Positions 1 through 11,885 are shown, counted from the stretch's first letter. The stretch is 64,000 nucleotides of DNA from Tetramitus jugosus (GCA_937625935.1 OW569354.1:248001-312000); one strand, 5' to 3'. Numbers and translations: made by a program. The notes: generated by a model not told the origin, from the letters alone.

Positions 1-170
1 TACAACCTTACGATCATTTGATACTTCCTTCACTGTCAAATAAACTGAAAGTGGAGGCAGGAGAACAGCCGTGAACAAGGCAATGTCTTGTGTTTTCATT
101 TCTTGTTTCTGATTTTGAAGACACATCGGTCAAACAACAATTTCTATTCGATAGAGAATCAAATGCCCTA

Positions 171-1376
171 TCAATTCACTTGGTCCTCACTCTTTCTGAA
201 GTTGTCCTCCTCATCAGATTCTGATTGGTTATGAGCTGAGTTGTCATCATTGTCAGTTGCTCTTTGGAGTTCGAACGTTGCACTCTCATATCCATCTATC
301 ATAGTTTGAGCAGTGCGGGCACTGATTGGAGAAGCGCTCAAGCATGGTTCGTATCGATCCATGTTTCTACCGAGTGAAACTTCTCCTCTTACGTTGTACT
401 CTTCAGATTCATGAAGCAGCGGAGGTATAGATACAGTCACAGAGGCATTCTCGGCTTGTGTAGTTTCTTCAGAAGTGGATATTACGACTGATACCATTGG
501 TAGCGCACCACTATCATCTCGAGATGTTGATTGCTTGGGTTTTGGCTTTGACTTCTTTTCTTCACTGCCTCGTGATGTCTTGTTCTTCGTAGAGAGACGA
601 GTCACACAGCAACAGCACAATGTAGAAACAAACAAAAATCGCAACAGAGACCGAGAATGATAGTCTGTGTGATTGTCAATATCAGTATCCTTGTATCTCT
701 TCCACAGGCACATGCATCGCAATGCAACAAAGATGAGACCAACGAGCACACAGGCACCCACAAAGCTCAGAACCACAGATAGAACAATCACACCCGTGTC
801 ATTCAATCCCTTATGGGACACTTCAAAGTTCATCTGAACAGAGAATGTCTGTGCTTGAGTAGCGCTGATGGTCATTGCGGTTGCCATATCATCTGCATCA
901 ACAAAGCAAAAGCCTCCTTTGACACCGAGATAGTAAACAGAGCTGTTGTCTACCGTGTTGAATGTGAGAACTTGATCTCCTTCGCTAAAGGAACTTGCAA
1001 TGTGATGGTCGCTCTGATCTGTTGGCAGTTCATTCACTTGAACAAAAGAAGAAATTTGACAGTATTGCTGTTCTTTGACATTGACTATCATCTTGTATGA
1101 TCGACTCGACGAAGGAACAACAATCTTGAAATATTTCCATTCATTCTCTGATAGGGAAGCACTGAGAGACACTAGTTTCTCTAACTGTGGTGCATCAGTT
1201 AACAATTGAGCCATTCTCTCTGGTGATTGTTTGAATTGTAATGCAGTTCTCTCTTGAGATTCGTCGGTCATCGAGCTCCGTATCGTTGTCAAGATGATAC
1301 AGAGAGAACAGAGTAAGATGAACAGATGGCATCGACTGTATCTGGTGTGTGAGGATGAATGGTAGACGTGCGGCAT
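171..1376 (-). CDS. Hypothetical single-pass membrane protein
   Basis: 401 aa ORF with an N-terminal hydrophobic stretch (LFILLCSLCIILTTI), a TM helix (VIVLSVVLSFVGACVLVGLIFVAL), a CCCC cluster and a disordered acidic tail. Confidence 0.7.
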   Translation of the reverse strand: MPHVYHSSSHTRYSRCHLFILLCSLCIILTTIRSSMTDESQERTALQFKQSPERMAQLLTDAPQLEKLVSLSASLSENEWKYFKIVVPSSSRSYKMIVNVKEQQYCQISSFVQVNELPTDQSDHHIASSFSEGDQVLTFNTVDNSSVYYLGVKGGFCFVDADDMATAMTISATQAQTFSVQMNFEVSHKGLNDTGVIVLSVVLSFVGACVLVGLIFVALRCMCLWKRYKDTDIDNHTDYHSRSLLRFLFVSTLCCCCVTRLSTKNKTSRGSEEKKSKPKPKQSTSRDDSGALPMVSVVISTSEETTQAENASVTVSIPPLLHESEEYNVRGEVSLGRNMDRYEPCLSASPISARTAQTMIDGYESATFELQRATDNDDNSAHNQSESDEEDNFRKSEDQVN

Positions 1377-1693
1377 GATAAGGTCTCTCAGAAGAACTGT
1401 GTGACTTTGGTTATGTTAATGATGCTGGTGTTATCTGTTGGTTGTGTTTGTTGAATAGTGTTGACATGATGATGATGACTGACACACAACCACGCACAAC
1501 ACAGCGGCAATGGACATCGAATATTCGCACAGTTCCTTCTGGAAAGGCAATCAGAGAACAAAACTCTTTAGATTCAATGTCCGAAAATCGAACCCTGGTT
1601 GGCGGGAAAAATCTACAAGAGCTCAATTCAAATAATTTTCCAAGAAGAGGAAGATGATTGTATTTACAACGAAATGAATGAACCTTTGATAAC

Positions 1694-2500
1694 TTATTGC
1701 TGTTGTTCAACAAGCACTCTGTCAATGTACTGACCCAATGTTTCCTTGTCGTCCTTCATCCTTGTAGTTAAATACTCTCTGACGGTTGTGCCTTTCGATG
1801 CACCACCAAACTTTTCCAACAAATTCTCAGGAGTGTATCTGTTCTGCAACTCTTCATTCACATTCTTGGACAAGAATAAAAACTTTGACTTGGTCTTCTC
1901 ATCCAAAAACAGTTTCACAACAGCCCACACAGTGGAAAAATACCATGGTGGTTGAACCAAAATTGCCTCAATCAACCTCTCTGGATAGTTGTTTTGTCCG
2001 ACTGTGAGAATAATGTTGTCGACGCCCTTGTCCACATTTCTCAATCCCCATCCCTCATAGTCAAATATCAGAACAAAGTGCTCATTGTTGTTCTTCAGAT
2101 TTCGAATCGCCACCTCTAATGTCAACACCATCAATGCCTCTACTTGATCCAATGGCAGTGAACCAGGTGTGTGCTTTCCAGGTGTAATTACAATGGTAGG
2201 TCTGCCCAACTTGTCTTCACCCATGAACTGACATGCTTCAGTGTCTAGAACAGAGTTGCACATCTCCATCGAGTACTGTTCCACTCTTGTTTCCTCTCTC
2301 CAATCGCAGTGAGCCTTGGCCATGTCATATGCTTTCTGTACGTCGAATTTTCGAGCTCGGAGCCATCGAAGACACATGGCATCACTAAAGTCCTGATCTC
2401 TAAACTTTTGTTTGAGCCCGGTTTGTTCCATGGTTTGCTTGAAAGAGTTGAGAATGGCTGCTTGAGCTTCATTGAGTTGTGCTTCACTTGACTCGGTCAT
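1694..2500 (-). CDS. Sec14/CRAL-TRIO lipid-binding/transfer protein
   Basis: CRAL-TRIO-N motif DAMCLRWLRARKFDV, then GEDKLGRP, QNNYPERL, PPWYF...W...K.FLDEKTKSK and LLEKFGG. Confidence 0.95.
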   Translation of the reverse strand: MTESSEAQLNEAQAAILNSFKQTMEQTGLKQKFRDQDFSDAMCLRWLRARKFDVQKAYDMAKAHCDWREETRVEQYSMEMCNSVLDTEACQFMGEDKLGRPTIVITPGKHTPGSLPLDQVEALMVLTLEVAIRNLKNNNEHFVLIFDYEGWGLRNVDKGVDNIILTVGQNNYPERLIEAILVQPPWYFSTVWAVVKLFLDEKTKSKFLFLSKNVNEELQNRYTPENLLEKFGGASKGTTVREYLTTRMKDDKETLGQYIDRVLVEQQQ

Positions 2501-3299
2501 TTGTGTGCGTAGTTGAATATATAGTTGAATTCAGTTGTTTTTGTTGTTATACCTGGTTTATGATATGGTGATAATTGAAAAAAGATTGAGAACGGGTATA
2601 AAGGATGATGAAGACGCTTGTTTTCTTGTTTGCGAATACGGACCTGTACGGTATGACTGTTGTCGCTCTCGAGTGGTGCTTCTGCGTCCAATTGTTTTTG
2701 AGATCACACAAGGAAAAAATAAACTCAACCTCACACAATCCGCCATATGGAACAAAAATAGCATGTTATTTGCTCCGAAAAAAAGCCTAAATTCTCCATC
2801 TACAGCTTTTTCGCCAGATTGTTGGAATCCCCCAAAAATACGCCTAAAGTCCAACCCCAGAAAGAAACACTTGTTCCCGTGGTAGAAGCATTTGAGATTG
2901 TTTTTCGGCACTGTCACCAGTTGTTTGCTTTGCAGGAATTCATCGTACTTTCTCATCCGATAGATTCGTCCTTTCTTCCAGTTTACGTAAATGCGCTCTA
3001 CAACTTGTCACATGTCATCTCCCGGACAAACAACAACGAGAAAATTGTCAACGGTAACAATTTCCCGAACTGACCCAAACAACGACCAAACCTCCACATC
3101 ATCATCCACATCGTCTCCCTTTTTTCTTGCACACCACCACAAGAAAATATCATTTGTACAAAGCCCAACATTGCCATCCACCTCCATTCTCTCTTCAATT
3201 TTGCCAACAACCACACCACCAACATCGTAGTCGTCCGCACAATCTGACAACAATACACACAACAATTTTTTTCACCATACAAAAGTCATACGAACAATC

Positions 3300-6095
3300 A
3301 TGGATGCAACATCACCACCACCACCGTCATCATCAGTGGTACAAGAGTCAAGCAAAGCAGTGGGCGTGACACATCATCACAATGAGGAGGTCGGCGAAAG
3401 GAATCATCACAACGAAAATAACACTCACAACAATAATAATAATTTTAACGAAAAGGGAAATTCAACAACAACAACAACAGTACATCAACTGCAAGAAGAT
3501 ATTCCTTCGTCTGTTTCACAACAACAACAACAAGAACAACAATCATCATCATCATCATCAATAGAGCCTCAGTTCACAATTACTACCATTACCAATATTG
3601 ACTCGTTTGAAACAACTGTTGAACAATCACAACCACCATCAACATCAGAAAAAATGGAGGAACAAATTTTGTCATCATCGGTCGTTGTAGAAATAAGCAA
3701 TCACACTCATCATCATCATCATCATAGTAACAATAATAGTCATGTGATAACAAATGGAGGTGGTGATGATGCCAAACCGTCTCACTCACCCACCAATAAC
3801 CACAATAACAACCATATCAACAATAGTTCATCATCACTCTCCTCTACTTCCTCTTCATCATCATCATCTACCGATCAGGATGAATCAACCACTACTACTA
3901 CTGCTGTTGTTCATCATCATCATCAACAACAACAACAACAACACAACAGTAGTGATGACACAACAACAACAACATGTCATAGTGAATATGTCAATGTAAA
4001 GGACATGTCATGTATACTAGCAGTAGAACAAATTACATTGGATGGAGCTACTCCATCATCATTCACTACCATTACATCCACAACCATGGACAACAATAAT
4101 CAAATCATGGACATTGATGAAAATGGTCATGTTGTATCAGAAGAAGCACAAGAATCATCCAATCTCCGTATACAATTACCATCATCAAAGGAAGAAATAC
4201 AGGCAATCATTTACAAGTCATGTGAGAGTGGTGATATTTTCAAGTTGGCCACAACAGTGTCTCAACTCATTCATGACTCTATCAATCAACAACTCTCCAT
4301 CAATAGCAACAGTAGCAGTGACAATAAGGAACAACACTTGTATGATCAAATGGTTCAACAGTTTAATCTATTGGACTATATGAAACAATTGACTGCTTCT
4401 TCTTCTTCTGCTTCTTCTTCTTCCACTCCTACGACAACAACTGATGGTATCTTAAACAACAACAACAATAGCAATAGCAATAGCAATAGCAATAGTCAAA
4501 TGTTTCAATTGACAAGAGAAGCCCAGTTGGCAACCATCAACTTTATTGATCCACAATCGGGATATGCACCCATTCACATTGCCGTTCTCAACAATCACAT
4601 GGACTGTGTGTCATTTCTGAGCAAGTGTCAAACCATTGATCTCAATCTCACATGTACCATTCATGAACAGACTGCACTGCACAAGAGTGTCTTTTACAAT
4701 TTTGTAGGTATGACTCACATGTTGCTCCAGAGAGGAGCAAATCATGGATTGGCTGATAAGCATGGAGAGACACCAGTCATGCTCAGTGCACGACTCAATC
4801 ACGACAATTGTAGTAGTCTCATGGTGGAGTACGGTGCTGATGTAAGTCTATTGTATGACTCATCACGTCTCACTCTCAATGACAATAAGGATCATCATGT
4901 GAATAACAATAGTAGTAGTAGTAGTAGTAGCAGTAGTAGTACAGGTCATCATGACATTAACAATAGCAGTAGTAGTAGTGGAAATGTGGCTCAGTATGAT
5001 CGATATGGATGGACCATTGGATCTGGTCACAGTATTTTCAAGAATGGTAGTAATGCTAGTAGTAGTAGTAGTAATAATAATAATGGTGGTGCATCCTCGC
5101 GTCAAAGTCGAAAGATTCGAGTGCGCTCCGAAACACCCTTGCTCGACAAGTTTAGAGACGATCAAACAGACAGGGAGGAGGAAAGAGTGGCCAAATGGAG
5201 AAAAATGTTGCGCAAATCAGCAGAAAAGAGAAGAAAGAAGCCAGACTTCATTCATCGAAAGCTAAAGGAACGTGTCCGTAAGGGAATACCAGATGCCGTA
5301 CGAGGTCAAGCATGGATCATCATTACGCGGTCCGATGAACTCAAATTGGCCAATCCTGGCGTTTATCAACACTGTCTCAAGCAACCATCAGTTCATTCGA
5401 AACAGATTGATCTCGATGTGAAGAGAGAGTTTAGAGAGCATCGCCTATTTGCCAAGCGATATGGTCATGGTCAAATTATGCTGTACAATGTACTCAAGGC
5501 GTACTCTGTCTACAATCCTAATCTCGGTTACACGCAGGGCATGTCCATACTGGCTGCACTATTGCTCATGTACATGGAAGAGGAAGATGCATTCTGGACG
5601 TTTGCTACTGTTATGAAACATCCAAAGCATCTCATGGAGGCAACGTTTGCCGAGGGGTTGCCCCGATTGGCAGAATCATTCTATGTGCACGAGCGACTGT
5701 TGTCAAAGCACATGGGCAAACTGTTTGCACACATGAATGAACACTCGGTGTTGACTAGTGCTTATGCTACGAGGTGGTACATGCAGGTGATGATTGGTAT
5801 TCTGCCATGGGATGTCGCTCTTGTCGTGTGGGATCTGTTCCTCTCTGAGGGATACAAGGTCATTTACAGCATTGTTTACTCATTGATGAAGTTGCTGGAG
5901 AAGGACCTGATTGGGCAGGACTTTGAAGTATTGCTCACACGGCTCAGCCACTTGGACAAGCACGACATTGATGCAACAAAGCTCTTGAAGATATCAGTCA
6001 ATGATAAAATCAAGGCCAAGAAGTTGCTCAAGTATGAGAACGAGTATGCTAAGAAGCAGGCAGCACCTACCAACAACAATAAACAAAAGCGATAA
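3300..6095 (+). CDS. Ankyrin-repeat + TBC-domain Rab GTPase-activating protein
   Basis: Ankyrin repeats (GYAPIHIA, QTALH, GETPVMLS); TBC motifs KGIPDAVRGQAW, IDLDVKR (R finger), YTQGM (Q finger) and EEDAFW; long low-complexity N-terminus. Confidence 0.93.
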   Translation: MDATSPPPPSSSVVQESSKAVGVTHHHNEEVGERNHHNENNTHNNNNNFNEKGNSTTTTTVHQLQEDIPSSVSQQQQQEQQSSSSSSIEPQFTITTITNIDSFETTVEQSQPPSTSEKMEEQILSSSVVVEISNHTHHHHHHSNNNSHVITNGGGDDAKPSHSPTNNHNNNHINNSSSSLSSTSSSSSSSTDQDESTTTTTAVVHHHHQQQQQQHNSSDDTTTTTCHSEYVNVKDMSCILAVEQITLDGATPSSFTTITSTTMDNNNQIMDIDENGHVVSEEAQESSNLRIQLPSSKEEIQAIIYKSCESGDIFKLATTVSQLIHDSINQQLSINSNSSSDNKEQHLYDQMVQQFNLLDYMKQLTASSSSASSSSTPTTTTDGILNNNNNSNSNSNSNSQMFQLTREAQLATINFIDPQSGYAPIHIAVLNNHMDCVSFLSKCQTIDLNLTCTIHEQTALHKSVFYNFVGMTHMLLQRGANHGLADKHGETPVMLSARLNHDNCSSLMVEYGADVSLLYDSSRLTLNDNKDHHVNNNSSSSSSSSSSTGHHDINNSSSSSGNVAQYDRYGWTIGSGHSIFKNGSNASSSSSNNNNGGASSRQSRKIRVRSETPLLDKFRDDQTDREEERVAKWRKMLRKSAEKRRKKPDFIHRKLKERVRKGIPDAVRGQAWIIITRSDELKLANPGVYQHCLKQPSVHSKQIDLDVKREFREHRLFAKRYGHGQIMLYNVLKAYSVYNPNLGYTQGMSILAALLLMYMEEEDAFWTFATVMKHPKHLMEATFAEGLPRLAESFYVHERLLSKHMGKLFAHMNEHSVLTSAYATRWYMQVMIGILPWDVALVVWDLFLSEGYKVIYSIVYSLMKLLEKDLIGQDFEVLLTRLSHLDKHDIDATKLLKISVNDKIKAKKLLKYENEYAKKQAAPTNNNKQKR

Positions 6096-6193
6096 CAAAT
6101 CGCTTATTTTTGAGAGAGGAGAGCGAATGATTAACCAAGTAACTCTTTGTTTTATTGTTTTTATTATGGCTTGATGGACAGTAGATCGCCACC

Positions 6194-8269
6194 TTAAGCA
6201 TGTATTTGCTTAAGTTGATTCAATCGCTGTAGACTATCAATACCCTCTTGTCTAACAGATACGGATTCAGTTGGCAGCAATGGATAAGCTCTTGGAAGAG
6301 ACAATCCTATCAGGACAAATGAGAAGAACTCGGCATTCTTCAAATATTCCAAAGTGGCATTGTTGTGAGACAAGACAGCATTCATCTTGGATCTCAACTC
6401 GTTTGCCTTGGTCAGATCACCAGTCACCTTCTCACAATAGTTGGCATAACTGTCGTAGAGAAGTGGCAGCTTGTAACCATTGGTTCCCACTTGTTCAAGT
6501 GCAATGGCAATTGCATGGTTGTACACTTGCTCGACTGCTTCACTGTTGGCACCGTCCATTGCGAGTGCTTCTGCTCTGCGCTTCAACAAGTAAGGATAAT
6601 CAAATGAAGTGATTCTCAAGTGAGGAATACCACGGTTGGCAATCATTTGGTCAATGTACTTGTGAGCCTGTGCAGAATTGTTTCTGCTCATCAACAATTC
6701 AACCAACACCATTCTTGCATAGTGATTGATTTGAGCATTTTCTTCTGATGGTGGAGTACTGCTAGTGCTCTTTGTGCTGCTACTCTTGGTAGCAGAGGCG
6801 TTCAACAACAAGGAATCAGCAAGTGTCAAAATGTCCTGTCCAATGGTTTCACTGTCTCTCTTGCCCATTCGCACCTCACACAACAAGAGCATATTCTCAT
6901 AAATGGATCGAAGCATTTGAGTCTTTGGGAATGAGAGCAATTGTTTGATGGCACGTGAAAAGAGTGGTGCAGCACCCGAGTAGTCACCCATTCTGGCCTT
7001 GAGAGATGCCAATGCAGCCACATCCAACGCATTGACCAATGTATTCTCCAGTGTTGGATCCTCTAGTCGCTTCTGCAAGAATGACTCTGCTGCCTCACGT
7101 TCATTCGACAGTGTCAATATTTCAACCAGTGTCACATTGGCCTGTGCTTCATACTGTGCCACAGATTCGTACACAGAGTCAACATTGTGAGGCAGTTCAG
7201 TGCCCAACACTGGGTCAAACTCTGATGGAGAGACACCTTGTGGATTCCAACGGGAGGGCACAGTGTAGAATTGTTTGCGCAAGTGTTCGAGATCAGCCTC
7301 CACAGACTCAACACCCGATCCGACTTGACCATAGCGACCAGAGGACTTGAATTCAGCATTGGCCAGTGCCACTCGACGCTTATGAGCCAACACTGCTCTA
7401 TCAATCATTTGATTGAGTGATTTGAGACGAGTGAGGAATTGTTCGACTTGATGCTTGGCAAGAGTGTACTGTCCCAATTCGAATGCATTGATGACACTGG
7501 TCATGAACATGTCCAATGTGTAAATGAGTGGATAGTGATGATAGGATGTGGTGGATGAGGCACTGGTAGCCAATGTAGATGCTGCAACAGATGATGCTGC
7601 TGACACTGTAGTGGCAGTGGTAGTGGCAGAGGAGAGGGGTGGTGACAAGAGATTGAGAATGTTATTCTTGTTATCAGTGTTGTTGTTATCAGTGTTGTTG
7701 TTGTTATTGTTGTGACTATTGTGGTTGGAAAAGAGAGAGGCATGTGCCTGATGGAATCCCTGATTGGCAGCATGTTCATTCACTTGTTGGAACGTGTTTT
7801 GAACAAATAGGAATCGATCCAAGTATTGTTGATAAGAAGTGATTTGATTCATGATGGCTTCTTCTTCTTTTGCTGCTGCTGCTGATGATGATGATGATGC
7901 ATCATCTTCATCAGAGTAAACAATGCGCTTAAACGTTTCCAATGCTTCTTGTTGTTGCTTTGGTTCTACTTGTGCTTCTTGAATCATTTGATTCAATTGA
8001 GAGACGAGTGACTCTGCTTTTGTTTGCAAGTGTTGATTCAATGATTGGATCTGAACAATGGATTGCTTGTTGTTCAATTGTTGTTGTTTGTTGATGGTTT
8101 TGTTAACAGAGGAAACGACTGGTGATTCCACTGATTTCAATTGTTGTTGAATGAATTGAGAGGGAGATTGAGTAAAGTCAATCGTTGCTGCAGTGCTCAC
8201 TCTTCTCATTTGTTGTTGTTGTTGATTCAATCTCTTGGATGAATGAGACAATATCACACGCTTCATCAT
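6194..8269 (-). CDS. TPR-like helical-repeat protein, probably mitochondrial
   Basis: 691 aa; Arg-rich, acid-free N-terminus resembling a presequence; TPR-like segments (LASLKARMGDYSGAAPLFSRAI, YANYCEKVTGDLTKANEL). Confidence 0.7.
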   Translation of the reverse strand: MMKRVILSHSSKRLNQQQQQMRRVSTAATIDFTQSPSQFIQQQLKSVESPVVSSVNKTINKQQQLNNKQSIVQIQSLNQHLQTKAESLVSQLNQMIQEAQVEPKQQQEALETFKRIVYSDEDDASSSSSAAAAKEEEAIMNQITSYQQYLDRFLFVQNTFQQVNEHAANQGFHQAHASLFSNHNSHNNNNNNTDNNNTDNKNNILNLLSPPLSSATTTATTVSAASSVAASTLATSASSTTSYHHYPLIYTLDMFMTSVINAFELGQYTLAKHQVEQFLTRLKSLNQMIDRAVLAHKRRVALANAEFKSSGRYGQVGSGVESVEADLEHLRKQFYTVPSRWNPQGVSPSEFDPVLGTELPHNVDSVYESVAQYEAQANVTLVEILTLSNEREAAESFLQKRLEDPTLENTLVNALDVAALASLKARMGDYSGAAPLFSRAIKQLLSFPKTQMLRSIYENMLLLCEVRMGKRDSETIGQDILTLADSLLLNASATKSSSTKSTSSTPPSEENAQINHYARMVLVELLMSRNNSAQAHKYIDQMIANRGIPHLRITSFDYPYLLKRRAEALAMDGANSEAVEQVYNHAIAIALEQVGTNGYKLPLLYDSYANYCEKVTGDLTKANELRSKMNAVLSHNNATLEYLKNAEFFSFVLIGLSLPRAYPLLPTESVSVRQEGIDSLQRLNQLKQIHA

Positions 8270-8595
8270 TTTTTTTCTTGTATGACTGTTATTGATTATT
8301 ATTATTATTATTGTTTGTTTGTTTGTTATCAGCGCAGAAAAATGCTTTTATTGTTGATGCGTCCCAAAAAAAAATGATGTCTTGCTCTCTCTACCAAAGG
8401 ATGACTCGCCCAATTCTTTGCGTTTTTCTCTTGTTGCGTGTGAACTGGAAATCTCCGATGGCGGCAAAAATTGTTTATTGTAAAATGTGGGTGGTTGACC
8501 TCCGACAATGGAGTGTATGTACAATACTTTGGAAACAAGGCACGAGGGTGCGACAAGCACTCATGCCAAAAAGAAGCGATTCATCAAAAGTGGCC

Positions 8596-9420
8596 TTACA
8601 CAGTCAATGAGACATCACGACTCAATTCATGAATCGCGTGATTCATCAGTCTCAATTTGGATTTGCCACTACTGAATCGTCGAACACCATCTCGTGGCAG
8701 TGAGTTTGTAATATCAGTCAGTGGAGACCCTCTTGTTGACAGAGGACTGTTGAAGCGTGCGGGTGAATCGCTCATATCACTGCATGTGCTACTAATTGGA
8801 CTCATTGGAGCATTCTCTCCCATGGTACTGCTGAATGCATATGAACCGACACTCATGGGAGACATGAGTCTGGATGCAGTTGAGGAACCAGCAGACATTT
8901 CGTTAGCATGTCTCAAATACTCCAACTGTTTCTCCAATACACACAAATCAATCGATTGACTCTTCACAGTTTTCATGGACTCTTCCAACTCCTTGCACTT
9001 TTGTTCATACATGTCCTCCAACTCCTCATACTCACCCTTGACAATCTTCAATTCGGCAAAAGTTGTCCGAAGGCCCTGTTCAGTAGCTTTAGTCTTTTGA
9101 TTCAACAGTTCTGCTTGTTGTTCCAACATCATGACACGAGTTCGTTCCTCATCTCTCTCACTGGTCAATTGGAGAATGGATTCATTGAGAGATTGATTCT
9201 CCAATGTCAATTGCTGCATGGTTGACGAGTGATCCGACAATTGAATCCTTAGTTCATTCAACGTTTCTTCTAGTTGTTGCTTATCGTTTCTCAGAGATTG
9301 GATGACCACGTGTGGTGGTTGCTCTTGTGATTGCTCAGAGTCAGTATTCATTGATAGTGACTTGCGTATCTCTAGAATACTCTTGTACAGGAAGGATAGA
9401 ACAGAGGGTATACGATCCAT
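8596..9420 (-). CDS. Hypothetical coiled-coil protein
   Basis: Heptad-rich central region and SP-rich tail. Start placed at ATG 9420 (MDRIP) because the upstream part of the ORF overlaps the neighbouring gene. Confidence 0.65.
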   Translation of the reverse strand: MDRIPSVLSFLYKSILEIRKSLSMNTDSEQSQEQPPHVVIQSLRNDKQQLEETLNELRIQLSDHSSTMQQLTLENQSLNESILQLTSERDEERTRVMMLEQQAELLNQKTKATEQGLRTTFAELKIVKGEYEELEDMYEQKCKELEESMKTVKSQSIDLCVLEKQLEYLRHANEMSAGSSTASRLMSPMSVGSYAFSSTMGENAPMSPISSTCSDMSDSPARFNSPLSTRGSPLTDITNSLPRDGVRRFSSGKSKLRLMNHAIHELSRDVSLTV

Positions 9421-9556
9421 GGTTTTTGTGCCGGTGATGCTGTTGTTGAGAGTGTTTTGACCTTTCAATTTTTGCCAAATGAATTTCCTGTGAGAGAAAT
9501 ATGTAACGGTCATATTTTTTTGAAGTTCAATTCTCCGGAACGAATGATAAACCAGT

Positions 9557-10627
9557 TTATTGTTGTGGCTGTTTGGCCTGGAAGGAGGAAGTGGATTGTT
9601 GAAGCAATTGATCAGCATGTGATTCAGTGCCCTTGAGAATGATGCGATCTTCATCATCAGGGATATCAATGGCCAGAGAGTGGAATTTGAATCGATTGTT
9701 GAGCACATTCCAAATCCCAGATCTCCTAGACACTTCACATGTCACTGTGCACAACTTTCCACTGGCACCAGTCAATTGAAACATCATTTGCATGTGAGCA
9801 GGCTTCCAGAATTGAAGTTTTCTCATGAATGGAACATCTTCATCCATGACAATGTTGGATGCGACTGCATCAGGTGATGCAGCATTACCATTACCACCAG
9901 TACCATTACCACCAGTACTAGATGATGGTGATGAGACAATCAAGTCTGGATACTCGTACGAGTAGGCACGGAATTTACCTGGACGAATAGGGGCCTTGAG
10001 TGTTTGAACCACTTGAGCATTGTCCAACACACGTTTCAATGCCACTCTGTACACGGTCTTTGATGAGATGGTAAAGTATTTTTTGGCAAAGAGAGAGCAT
10101 GCACTGAGACCAACACCCATAATCAATCCAGAATAGAAACTCCACTTGGCTACATTCTTGAAATTGATGCTACTAAACATGTTACTGATCCAGTAGATGG
10201 AATAGAGAATTGCAATGACAATGACTGTCATGATGACATAACGAATAAAGTATTGTTTCCAAAAGGACATGAGAATACTCAAGTTGACTGATGATGATGA
10301 TGATTGTTGTTGTTGTTGTTGTTGTTGATGGTTGTTTGCCGAGTGATGGAATGAACAACGAATAGGGTGAGAAGCAAGATGATTCTTCTTGTTGTGATGA
10401 TTATTGTTCAAGTGTTGTTGTTGTTGTTGTTGTTGTTGAGATGATTTGAATACATGTGATGATGATGATGATGGAACAGATTGAAGGGTATGGTATTGTT
10501 GTTGTTTTAATTGTTGTTTTTGTTGTTGAGTAATGGTTGCTGAGGATGACAATGATGCTACAGCACAAGAAGAATAAGTGGACTTGCAAAGTCTTCTTCT
10601 CATAGCAGCAGTACTTTGCAACAACAT
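9557..10627 (-). CDS. Tim21-like mitochondrial inner-membrane protein (plant Tim21-like type)
   Basis: Presequence-like N-terminus and two TM helices, then FTISSKTVYRVALKRV...LKAPI...FRAY...MFQLTG...VTCEV...SLAIDIP, as I recall for the Tim21/Coa1-like family. Confidence 0.7.
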   Translation of the reverse strand: MLLQSTAAMRRRLCKSTYSSCAVASLSSSATITQQQKQQLKQQQYHTLQSVPSSSSSHVFKSSQQQQQQQQHLNNNHHNKKNHLASHPIRCSFHHSANNHQQQQQQQQSSSSSVNLSILMSFWKQYFIRYVIMTVIVIAILYSIYWISNMFSSINFKNVAKWSFYSGLIMGVGLSACSLFAKKYFTISSKTVYRVALKRVLDNAQVVQTLKAPIRPGKFRAYSYEYPDLIVSSPSSSTGGNGTGGNGNAASPDAVASNIVMDEDVPFMRKLQFWKPAHMQMMFQLTGASGKLCTVTCEVSRRSGIWNVLNNRFKFHSLAIDIPDDEDRIILKGTESHADQLLQQSTSSFQAKQPQQ

Positions 10628-10684
10628 GTTTGAGTGATGAGATGCGTGTGTGTTTTTTTTTTAATTGTTGTTCTTCTTCTTTTG

Positions 10685-11885
10685 TCAATTGGTGGTGGAT
10701 AATCTTCCTGTCGTTCCCTGTCGTCGTTGATGATGATCTTCCCTATTGTGGTGGTCCACATGATTCTTCTGACTCTTGTTTTTGAGATCATTTACTCGTG
10801 GAGGCTTTGCATCAACAATGGAAGATGTTTCTTCCTGCTTCTTTTGCTTAAGCAAGGACATTCTCTTGAGATTCAATTGTTTCAATCGATAGAACAAGAG
10901 GAAGAAGGAAGCTACAATGACATCTCCCATGATGGCACCGGTCAACGTTCCAGTGCACTTGTTGTTTCTAGGTCTCTCATACATCAGGTCTGCAAATATG
11001 TAGTACGAGAATCCGCACATGTCAACCACAAACTGCACCAGTTGAACATCGGTCAAGTACATTTTCCACCAAATGTCCCTCACGCCCACACTAATCAACA
11101 AGTAGTAGTAGTACATGATGACATGGACCCACACGTTCAACAGAATAATGACCCACTGACCCGTTCCTGTTGTCACCAATCCAAAGAACGTAATAAACAT
11201 GGTTGTTACATGATGGTACGAATGAATAAATCTCAGTTCACTCCTTCTCAATACAATGAACAGCGTATCAAAAAGTTCAATGTACTTGGATGCATAGTAC
11301 ATGTACATCCAGAACACAATCTTTCCCTTGTTGAATTGATGACTGGGATCACATATGAGGTGATACATGCCATGTGACCAGTACACTTTACTGACTTCCC
11401 ATGCGAGTCCCATCAGACAAACGAGTGAAATGAGCATCATGTTGGCATTGTGAAGAATGGAACCATAGTCCAAGGCTTGGTCGATCCACTGTTGTACTCC
11501 AAGCATAAGTGAATCACCGCCGCTACGATTCTTTTGGTTATTCTCGTTCCTCCTCTTCTGATTCTTGCTATGAATAATGTTTCTCTTTTCTCCCAGAATG
11601 AAATTCAGAGAATAGCACACCACGAGATATCCAATCAGTGTTACCTATTGTAATACATGAACTGTGAGAAAAGATGATCCTCGTAGCACCATTCCTTCTC
11701 AACAACTACAACAGCAATTGACGAGTACATACAAAAAGAGTGGTCCATGAGGACAGCGGTGTGACACCTGGTTTCCATGCAAAAGAACCGGCTAGATTTT
11801 CATACACGGAAGACCAAGAAGAAACACTCAATGGTTGCTTGGCTAATGTGTGCAGTGCTTGACTGAAATCCTGATATGTTGTCAT
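10685..11885 (-). CDS. ELO/GNS1/SUR4 fatty-acid elongase (2 exons: 11885-11733, 11644-10685)
   Basis: KYIELFDT, FIHSYHH (HxxHH), HVIMYYYY and TDVQLVQ motifs. An 88-nt GTATGT...TAG intron (11732-11645) joins MTTYQDF...FAWKPGVTPLSSWTTLF in frame. Confidence 0.93.
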
